In this document: positions 1 to 7,745 of the stretch, piece after piece
Layout of the letters: every line of letters begins with the position of its first letter
How positions within the stretch are numbered: position 1 is the stretch's first letter
Source: Tubiluchus corallicola
Taxonomy: Eukaryota; Animalia; Priapulida
Length of the DNA: 7,867 bases
Reading direction: 5' to 3'
Assembly (NCBI GenBank): GCA_030141605.1
Contig: JAQGDQ010002221.1
Location: 1 to 7,867 of the forward strand
Notes under the pieces: model-generated
Told to the model about the DNA's origin: nothing
Database searches by the model: none
Seen by the model: only the letters and a program-made list of their open reading frames with translations
Translations under genes and position numbers: made by a program

Positions 1-1447
1 TCAATAAACTGAGCATTCCATTAATATAATATTTATTTTTGAGTTTCCTGTTGTAGCTATTAAATTTATTTCGTGCCTTTTTGTAATTATTGTAATTGAT
101 TTTACCTTTTAAATGTAAATATGTTCTATATAATTCATTTTTATTGTGTCTTAGTTTTGCGAGTTCTGTATCCGCCCAAGGGCAGGCAGATTTTGCATTA
201 AATTGCTGCTGATGTATTTTAATTTTTTTATACGGTGCATAGATATCCAGGCAGTATTCCATATTATTTATTAATGTGTTTATTTGCATGTCAATGTCAG
301 TCATTGTGTAAATATTACTCCAGTCCAATTTGGCTAAAGTATCTTGAAATATATCTTTATTATATGTAGAATAATCTCTGACTGTTTTCCAGACTGTGCC
401 TGTATTGTTTTTGGTTGGTTTTGTTTTGTCTACTATTATTATAAAATCATGATCAGAATAATCACACGAGAAGATTTCTTGTACTTGGAAATTGTCTTTA
501 GCGTTTGAGATAAAGTGGTCTATGGTAGTAGATGATGTTTTAGTGATTCTTGTGGGTTTATTACTTGCGTTTAGTATTTGCGTGTTATATTGGTCCAAGA
601 CTTCTTTATACTTTTTGCACTGAGCAGTATTTGTTGCATTAATATCGATATTAAAATCCCCCATTAATAAAACTGGTTGATTTTCAAGTACAGCACGTTC
701 AAGTTCAATTTCAAAATGTTTTAGAAAAGTCTTATATTTTTGATTTGGTGGCTTATAAATGACACCTACAATGTAGTTTTCGATATTGTACCAAATTGAT
801 TCTATTTTGTTAGTTTTAATTCCTTTGGCTTCGTTAAATGACATGTGTTTTGGGATGTACATTGCAACCCCTCCTCCACGTTTATGTGTGGGACGGTCTC
901 GACGTATGAGTGTATGATGAGGCAGTTGTATGGAGGCACTAGGTATTTGCTTGTGTAGCCAAGTTTCGGTTATTCCAACGACTAAATTTTCAGATGAACG
1001 AACTGTGTCTTTAAGCAATGCATGTTTTTTTGTCAGACTTTGTATATTGATACATAGAAATTTCAAATTCTTTTTATGTTTTTGCATAAAATCTGCCAGC
1101 TCTAGATCCATGTTGTTTTGTGTGGGGGTTTGATTTAAGGGACCTGGATTAGTTTCAGTACAACCAATTATAAGCAACATTTTCAATACTGTTAGAAAAT
1201 AATCATGGTTACAATTATTTTTAATTAGGTAGGGGAGTACACGTAATAAAGTAGGAGAGTACTGAAACTTGTAGTATAAATCTCTAGTATCTGAACGTGT
1301 GCACTTTCTCACAGATGAATACTGTAAAATAGAAGCAGAATAGCAAAAATTTACGCACGAGTTATTTTCGATCCGATTTTGAGATATTATTACGCAGCAA
1401 GACGTGCATACACGTTTCAGTGTACCAGAGATTGGCACTGGACACAT
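1..1447 (-). CDS. LINE ORF2 (partial, ~482 codons): Cys-rich leader, 2A-like peptide, apurinic/apyrimidinic-like endonuclease, linker towards RT
   Basis: Manual translation: open from the TAA at 1468-1466 to the window edge, first ATG at 1447. Motifs: LKFLCINIQSL, GITETW (976-959), RRDR...RGGGVAMYI, IESIW, VGVIYKPP, LMGDFNID (GDFN 661-650), PTRIT...TIDHF (IDH 523-515), SDH (457-449). The true start codon is uncertain. Confidence 0.92.
   Translation of the reverse strand, partial: MCPVPISGTLKRVCTSCCVIISQNRIENNSCVNFCYSASILQYSSVRKCTRSDTRDLYYKFQYSPTLLRVLPYLIKNNCNHDYFLTVLKMLLIIGCTETNPGPLNQTPTQNNMDLELADFMQKHKKNLKFLCINIQSLTKKHALLKDTVRSSENLVVGITETWLHKQIPSASIQLPHHTLIRRDRPTHKRGGGVAMYIPKHMSFNEAKGIKTNKIESIWYNIENYIVGVIYKPPNQKYKTFLKHFEIELERAVLENQPVLLMGDFNIDINATNTAQCKKYKEVLDQYNTQILNASNKPTRITKTSSTTIDHFISNAKDNFQVQEIFSCDYSDHDFIIIVDKTKPTKNNTGTVWKTVRDYSTYNKDIFQDTLAKLDWSNIYTMTDIDMQINTLINNMEYCLDIYAPYKKIKIHQQQFNAKSACPWADTELAKLRHNKNELYRTYLHLKGKINYNNYKKARNKFNSYNRKLKNKYYINGMLSLL
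1139..1198 (-). other. 2A-like (StopGo/ribosome-skipping) peptide, variant motif FLTVLKMLLIIGCTETNPG|P
   Basis: Hydrophobic tract followed by G-x-x-E-x-N-P-G-P in frame with and upstream of the APE domain, the known position of 2A-like peptides in CR1/L2-group LINEs. The canonical D-[V/I] is replaced by C-T. Confidence 0.75.
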
Positions 1448-1620
1448 CTGTCTTGAGTTTATACATTATTTACACAATATTCGTTTATTTTGAGTAAAAC
1501 TTAAAATTTCTCGTTTAAAATTCATGATTAAAATATATGTATAATATATCACGCTTATTACAGTTATTTACAGTTTAGTTCATTCGTGTCTTTAATAAAC
1601 TGTTTAATAGTTTTTCAATT

Positions 1621-2082
1621 TTATACAAACTTAGAAATGAATTCTTTTACTAATCCGGTAAACAGATTTTCAATTTCTGATTTTAATGCCTCTTTTTGAA
1701 TAGGCTTAGTATCAGCTGAAGGTTTATCAGAGTCATTTGAATAATTTACAGGAGTTGGTAATAATGGTAATCTTTTAACTGCATTTGCGTAACTAGCTGG
1801 TTTATAATTATATTGACTTTGTGTAAAGCCACGAGTAACTGTATCTTTGTTTTGATTAGTCTTAACCCTATACCATCGATTTGGGTCATTAAACAAACAT
1901 AGTTTAATGCATTCTCGCAGCTTTTGTACACCTAATCTACTCAGGTGTAATCCGTCTCTCGCAATTAAATTATCATCTTCAAAATGACATTGCAAATTGC
2001 ACAAAATGGTATTAGTTTTAGTTGTCAGAGTTTCAAGTTCACTGTTAAATAAGCGTAACACTCTATTCACCGAAAATTTGCT
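1621..2082 (-). pseudogene. LINE ORF1, C-terminal fragment with SGNH/GDSL esterase-like block V; 5'-truncated or degenerate
   Basis: VNRVLRLFNSELETL...LIARDGLHLSRLGVQKL resembles the esterase C-terminus (DxxH at 1956-1945), followed by SYANAVKR. The frame has no ATG (the track start is a GTG), has a TAG at 2085-2083, and I could not find the GDS or GxND blocks upstream. Confidence 0.7.
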
Positions 2083-2304
2083 CTATTTATTCTAATAATA
2101 TTTTTGGTCAGACAACCACAAGGATCCTTATTTTCGTACCCACACTTGTTCTATTTTCGTAGTAAAATTCTGCGAGCAGCTTAGCTGAAAGTAAAAGCCA
2201 ACAACAAATTGGTTTATAAGGCCGATGAGAGTTTTGGTTTTTGAGAGACTCCGAGGAGCTACTGTTAGGCTAGATGGCGTTTTGTTTGTCTCTGTAATAC
2301 TCAC

Positions 2305-2504
2305 TTGATAAACATAGCCACTCCTGTATTTTCCATATTCCGAGTTATAGCTTTCCAAGATTTCTGTATGCTAAATCTCTGCCTGGCTGTTAGAGGAAGT
2401 CTGGAGTCCACCGGGGGCGGAAGTGGAGTGGCCAGTGCTCCACCGTTGATTGCAACTTGTGAGTGTCTCGGAGTCTTCTTTACGCAAGACGAAGAGCAAC
2501 CCAT
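2305..2504 (-). CDS. Globin X-like (GbXL-type, N-acylated globin) coding exon 1, copy A: MGCSSSC...VDSRLPLTARQRFSIQKSWKAITRNMENTGVAMFI(K)
   Basis: MGC acylation motif; A-helix LTxxQ...SW; B-helix G(B6)...F(B10). The exon ends AA|GTGAGT (donor at 2304-2299), phase 2 in codon B12, the conserved B12.2 globin intron. The ORF-track stop lies inside the donor site. DxRLPLTARQ resembles invertebrate GbXL as I recall it. Confidence 0.9.
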
Positions 2505-4895
2505 TGTTGGTAGCGTCAGGTTCTCAGATTACATCACGTCTAGCAAGCAAATTTCATTACTAAGATACTCATCTTGCTCACACAATATGTAACGAAATGT
2601 CGTAATTTGCATCTGGATAATTTGACAGATTTTATTTACGCACTAATGATTCTGCTTCAACATATCTTGCAGCAAACGTTTAGCAAAAATCTCCTTATGC
2701 AATGTCTATACAGGTGTTGCACGTTTTATCGACACAGCTCGCAGAATGTGACGTAAGTAATATTATTTCAACGCCAGTACTCCGGACAGTTAAAAGGAAT
2801 ATGTACTATAGTCAACGAAGTTAATAAGTCAGTCTATAGACATACTTTGTGACAGTTACCTTTAGGTTTTTACGTCATAGACACAGATCTGCAGAAAGCT
2901 AATTCGCACGGTTGTGGGAAATCACTGCAAGCAACAGGGCTTCATGATCAGTCTTTAATTGAAAACACCTGACTGTCAGTTCGTGGAATATCTGTATTAT
3001 GAGGCGTTACGTCTTAAGTAAATCTCAGGTGTATGCACATGCGTAGTCCCAAGCAAAACCACTCAGTTGGCTGTTTATTGGCAAACACGTTAAATTATTA
3101 TTAATTTGCAAAATGCAAAAAAATGATAATGCACTTTAGCATGTTCTTCGATCTGTGCTGTGCAGCTTTTATTTATTTATTTTTATTTATGTAGCAAAGC
3201 ATGCGCCACTTACATGTAGTAGCAATGCCCGTCTTAGAATTGAAACAGGGCGTTATGAAAGTATCCCATTTAATGAACGAAATTATGTAATTCTGGTACT
3301 ATCGAGGATGAGATGCACTTGTTGTTAGATTGTAATGATATTGACAAGAAACGAACTAACTTAACAGATTCAATAGTTCAATACGAAGCCAATTTTAATA
3401 ACTAGAATGACCTAGATAAGTTTGCTTGTTTAACGGAAAATCCTGAGATACGTAAAATTACTGCCAAAGTGTGCTTTAAGATGTTTGACAAAAGGAGAAA
3501 ACTAATGTATATGTGAATCATCAATTATTTCGTTAGTTTTATCATTTAAATATTCACAAATTTTGTGGTTTTTATGGCATGACTTCTGTTTTCGGGCCTG
3601 ATCTGAGTATGTCTCCACTCATCCAGCCATCCATCTATCTAGAATTCAATATGTTACATAAGCGTTCAATAAGTTATACTGCGAATAAGTTTACATCATC
3701 AGTGTTCACATGATCATCAAAATATTCATTATGTTCAAAACTTCAAGCATTTTATTTAGCATCGCAATTTTCGTTGATCATTTTTGGGAGATTTTTAGAT
3801 ATCTTTTGCAAAGTTATAAATTATTGGCTACTCGGATTGTTCCAGCCAGAGGCTTCCTTAATTTCGCAATCGGCATCGAGTTTCTCCAAGCAACCGAATA
3901 GATTAACTTCAGCAGCCTACATTATCACAGTATTCTCATTTTATTACTAGTTACTAAATTAAGGAACGCCTTGTTTGCGTCAGATCAGTGGGAAGCTGAT
4001 GCATTGAATAGGCTTTTCTCACCTGTTATTACGCTTTGATTAAACGGCGTGGTAATAATGACACGAAGAAATATTTGCAATGGTCTGTTGCTTCTTTGAT
4101 GCACAAGACATTATCACCTTCTTACATGTTATAACACCAACTGTCATGTTAATAAGCAGCTAGATTTACTGCTTTCGTGATTCATTGGCCCGTTGTAAAT
4201 TAATTTGTCGATCTTTTTATAGGTTTCAGTTGCTTGTTGGTTGTAAACATTTTCACTGCGTTAAGTGCTTTTTCGCTTTGGCGTATCATGATTTCATAAT
4301 TGCTCATCAGTACGTAACATAGCGTACGGAGACGTTATGTGACTTTTTAAGAACTTTTTGTACTTGGCGGGACATTTTTAAAGTTACTACTGAAAAATAA
4401 ACTTTACTCGAATATAACTTTAAAACTGTGCCTCCTGTCATTTACATTCTGCAAATGGCTGTTACCTTGATGATGTGCTTTTCAGCTGGGACCTTTTCAG
4501 TAAGAAACACGTTAGCATTTTTTAAAATGAAGTTCATGCTTATATTTGTTCTACTAATATGTCAAAAGAGAAAGAACTGGGGTTTGTGCGTAGGCTGATT
4601 TTGCAGCTATTTTCCTTGTTAGATAATATATTTAAATTAATCAGAGAATGGACGCAGATTAACTGCGAAACTAAGCCGTAGTGTGTTCTTCTCTTGGCGC
4701 TACAGAATAGCAAAAGTATTCTACACAAAAGCTGAGGACCATGATCCTAGCTTATTTGTGACGTGTTACAATGGTCTGTGTGCCCACTGACCACTACCCT
4801 TCTTTTCAATTCATTAGTTAGACAACAAAATAATTACGTCTTCTCATTACTAGCTGTTCCATTCACAATTTTACTTTCTATATATTTTAAAATAG

Positions 4896-5248
4896 TGACC
4901 TTTCAGTGACCTTTAACCCCCAATATTACATAATGTTCGCCGAATTCTTTTCGTGCTTAGTTGGAAAATTATTCCAATATGTAGCAGACATTACATTTTA
5001 AGTGAATGACTGTAGATGAAAATCTGTGTTATGACTTGCTGAGTGTGTCATCTTCCAGAGGTCATTAGTTAAAGGTCAAATTAAGTGTGCTGATTTACTG
5101 CTGATTTAAGGCACTCACAATTTGCTTTTAAAACACCTTTGACCTCTATTATTACCAAAGGCACCACCTCTTCCTGACGCTCGCTTGGCATAGTTCAATT
5201 ATGCCTCCCACTCAGAGTAAAATTCTTGTTTTTTTGTGACCTTGACCT
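4896..5248. promoter_or_regulatory. Cluster of seven perfect AGGTCA/TGACCT half-sites (nuclear-receptor-element-like, or a TGACCT-rich repeat element)
   Basis: TGACCT at 4896, 4907, 5140, 5237, 5243; AGGTCA at 5059, 5073. Spacings are DR5, DR8 and DR0. Function is not established. Confidence 0.45.
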
Positions 5249-5760
5249 CTCCCTGCTAGGTTACACGCAATTTCAACTTAAAACTCAAAAAAAAACTTTA
5301 CTGATTTAACCCATCCAGCCTACTGAAATACACTTTCTTACAGGCATCAATTGAATTTTAGCTACTTGAAAAGGCATTAAAGATCGTTTACTGATTAAGG
5401 GCGAATAGCTGCGTGCTAACTTTGGAAAAATGTTGAGCTAGCCCAACTCTGCACAAGGTGCCACAAAGCGGTCACTTCAGTGTAAAGAAACTTTCCGATC
5501 AGCCAGGCAGCCTCTTCAGCTATAATGATGGTCAATGTCTAAAAGATTGCAGATAACAAAGTGGGTTGTTATTTTTCATAAATTCACGATCAAGTATTCA
5601 AAGTTTGATGACACTTCTTTTCAACAATTGCTCCTTAGTAATTTTTACTTAACATCTTTATAATATTTTGAAGGCTGTTTACGCACTTGTTAAGAACGAT
5701 ATCGTTTACAACAATTAGCCCAAATAGTTAAATAACTGAAGGAAAAGGTGCAGAAGAAGT

Positions 5761-5823
5761 GTGGCTCAGCCAAGACATAAACCCAGAACCTTGTGATTCG
5801 CATGCTTTACCATTTGAGCCACC
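5761..5823 (-). mobile_element. Degenerate tRNA-derived SINE-like head in globin intron 1 (mirror of 7683-7745)
   Basis: GGTGGCTCAAATGGTAAAGCA (A-box-like) ... AAGGTTCTGGGTTTATGTC (eroded B-box region). Confidence 0.4.
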
Positions 5824-5902
5824 AACTTAGCATATCAGAGTATTTTTGAGATATCATCAAGGAAATGCACACGCCTACAAAGAAGAAAACTTTAAGACTC
5901 AC

Positions 5903-6096
5903 TTTACAAACATGGTCACACCAGTACTTTCCATATTCCGAGTAATAGCTTTCCACGATTTCTGTATGCTGAATCTCTGTCTGGCTGTCAAGGGGAGCCT
6001 GGGGTCTACCGGAACTGCCGCTGGAACACCGTCTGCTCCGTTTACCGTAATATTTGGCTGTTCTTGCTTATTAACTTTCGTAGGAGAGCAACCCAT
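5903..6096 (-). CDS. Globin X-like (GbXL-type) coding exon 1, copy B: MGCSPTK...VDPRLPLTARQRFSIQKSWKAITRNMESTGVTMFV(K)
   Basis: MGC start, globin A/B helices, and a B12.2 donor AA|GTGAGT at 5902-5897. 32 of 36 residues are identical to copy A over the PVD...F(I/V) core. Confidence 0.9.
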
Positions 6097-6914
6097 TATT
6101 CTCCTTTTCCAAATTTCAAGTTCAGCTTTCTAATGCTTCTAGTTGCACATCCAGCACAGCTGTAGCTTGCTCATCAAAATAATGTTATATAATCACAGTT
6201 TTCGTACAATGCAAAACAATGAACTGTTTGTTTGCTTATGTGTTGAAAAATTTAACTGGTAGCACGATCAAAATTAATGTGCTCATAATGAAGCTTCTAG
6301 TTGGCTAAATATAGCAGCTTTTATCTGTCCGATGATTAGTTTGTTTCATTGAGGGTGTTCCTAGGTCAGGATTCCTTCACTCTACCTCACTCGCTGTTCA
6401 ACGCTGCCAAACATAAATTATTGTCACTTTGCACTTATTATGGTTTATCTATAACTTAATAATTATACTGTATTTTTGTAAAGGCGAAACTCTTAGTTAA
6501 TTATCAACGAACTGAATGCTGTCGCAACTTGTATTATGTAGAAAATGTGTGAATTCACTAAACTATGCCATCACCACATTCTCATGCAATGCACAATGTA
6601 AGCATTGATGTTCTTCATTCTGGCATCATCGATACATTTGAATAGTTACGTAGTTTACACAGAATATAACCCAAGAAGTATTTTTTCTTTTATACTACAG
6701 TACATAAAATATTTTTGTGTTTTCGTTGTAGTCTATGTATTATAACATCGGTACTTTTCATGTGTCCTAACTGTTCAACCATTAGACACGGTTCATTAGA
6801 AATTCCTACACAAGAAAATGCGTCATTTTGACTCATCCACTTGACACTATAATAATTAGGTGTAAATACAACCTGATGGTAGAGGATTAATCGCTAGATG
6901 AGTTGATGATTGAT

Positions 6915-6930
6915 TACGCGCATGCGCGTA
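6915..6930. promoter_or_regulatory. Perfect 16-bp palindrome containing an NRF1/Ewg/P3A2 consensus site
   Basis: TACGCGCATGCGCGTA. The core CGCGCATGCGCG matches YGCGCAYGCGCR. It lies in the spacer between the divergent globin exons. Confidence 0.55.
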
Positions 6931-7409
6931 TTCTCTAGCGGGTAACAGGTGTGACAAGTCATAAGTGCTTGATTAATTTTTTACTCTTACTAATTTATGA
7001 TACGATATTAACACGCTACAATAACAGAACACTAACTCTAGCGTGCGCCGTGACTGGGAAATCCGGGAGTCGCAAAAATAGGACGTTAAATTTGTTTGGC
7101 AGCGTTGAACAGCGAGTGAGGTAGAGTGAAGGAATCCTGACCTAGGAACACCCTCAATGAAACAAACTAATCATCGGACAGATAAAAGCTGCTATATTTA
7201 GCCAACTAGAAGCTTCATTATGAGCACATTAATTTTGATCGTGCTACCAGTTAAATTTTTCAACACATAAGCAAACAAACAGTTCATTGTTTTGCATTGT
7301 ACGAAAACTGTGATTATATAACATTATTTTGATGAGCAAGCTACAGCTGTGCTGGATGTGCAACTAGAAGCATTAGAAAGCTGAACTTGAAATTTGGAAA
7401 AGGAGAATA

Positions 7410-7603
7410 ATGGGTTGCTCTCCTACGAAAGTTAATAAGCAAGAACAGCCAAATATTACGGTAAACGGAGCAGACGGTGTTCCAGCGGCAGTTCCGGTAG
7501 ACCCCAGGCTCCCCTTGACAGCCAGACAGAGATTCAGCATACAGAAATCGTGGAAAGCTATTACTCGGAATATGGAAAGTACTGGTGTGACCATGTTTGT
7601 AAA
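7410..7603 (+). CDS. Globin X-like (GbXL-type) coding exon 1, copy B' (inverted duplicate of 5903-6096)
   Basis: Same translation as copy B; donor GTGAGT at 7604-7609 at B12.2. Confidence 0.88.
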
Positions 7604-7682
7604 GTGAGTCTTAAAGTTTTCTTCTTTGTAGGCGTGTGCATTTCCTTGATGATATCTCAAAAATACTCTGATATGCTAAGTT

Positions 7683-7745
7683 GGTGGCTCAAATGGTAAA
7701 GCATGCGAATCACAAGGTTCTGGGTTTATGTCTTGGCTGAGCCAC
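7683..7745 (+). mobile_element. Degenerate tRNA-derived SINE-like head in globin intron 1
   Basis: A-box-like TGGCTCAAATGG at 7685-7696 and a weak B-box region GGGTTTATGTC. The ends are complementary: GTGGCTCA (7684-7691) and TGAGCCAC (7738-7745). Confidence 0.4.

Larger units (their letters stand above)
1..2082 (-). mobile_element. Non-LTR retrotransposon (LINE), CR1/L2-group-like; ORF1 C-terminal part, spacer and ORF2 N-terminal part; continues beyond the left window edge; 5' boundary uncertain (~2070-2300)
   Basis: Minus strand carries an SGNH-esterase-type ORF1 fragment (DGLH), a ~170-bp AT-rich spacer, then a stop-free ORF2 with the APE endonuclease motifs and a CR1/L2-type linker (RDYSTY, LDWS, APYKK, PW). 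The clade assignment is inferred from this architecture; the RT domain is outside the window. Confidence 0.93.
5639..6413. repeat. Left arm of a long inverted duplication (partner 7093-7867); may extend left of 5639 if the partner continues past the window
   Basis: Position x pairs with 13506-x. I saw no mismatch in the segments compared by eye. Pairing fails at 6414/7092. Confidence 0.97.

Noticed and set aside
930-1133. 67-aa plus-strand ORF
   Set aside because: Antisense shadow of the LINE endonuclease frame.
1746-1931. 61-aa minus-strand ORF
   Set aside because: Alternative frame inside the ORF1 fragment; no recognisable motif.
2108-2358. 76-aa ORF (2128-2358) and the sequence after the acceptor-like site at 2185 as possible globin exon 2
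   Set aside because: The ORF is out of frame with the globin exon and reads through the donor. Splicing 2305 to 2184 gives AAC TAA, an immediate stop, and no globin C/E-helix motifs.
2301-2504. Reading the MGC ORFs (also 5899-6096 and 7410-7607) as complete 65-67-aa microproteins
   Set aside because: The TGA is part of the GTGAGT donor at the canonical globin B12.2 intron position, so these are exons.
2305-2756. Plus-strand ORFs 2305-2592 and 2574-2756
   Set aside because: Antisense to globin exon A and its upstream region, with non-ATG starts; no protein signature.
3167-3190. (TTTA)n tract, plus CATC/TATC repeats near 3620-3640
   Set aside because: Short, imperfect simple repeats typical of AT-rich DNA.
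3710-3916. 63-aa plus-strand ORF, and minus-strand frames (KLLKLIYSVAW..., AAEVNLFGCLEKLDADCEIKEASGW...) as possible globin exons
   Set aside because: Weak acceptor context, no CD1 Phe or E7/F8 His pattern, and early stops.
4540-4728. 62-aa minus-strand ORF, in frame with an acceptor-like TTTTGTGTAG
   Set aside because: The translation (ILLLFCSAKRRTHYG...) does not resemble globin exon 2 or any domain I recognise.
5846-6133. 95-aa ORF and its twin at 7373-7660
   Set aside because: Antisense shadows of the globin exons with TTG starts; duplicated only because of the inverted repeat.
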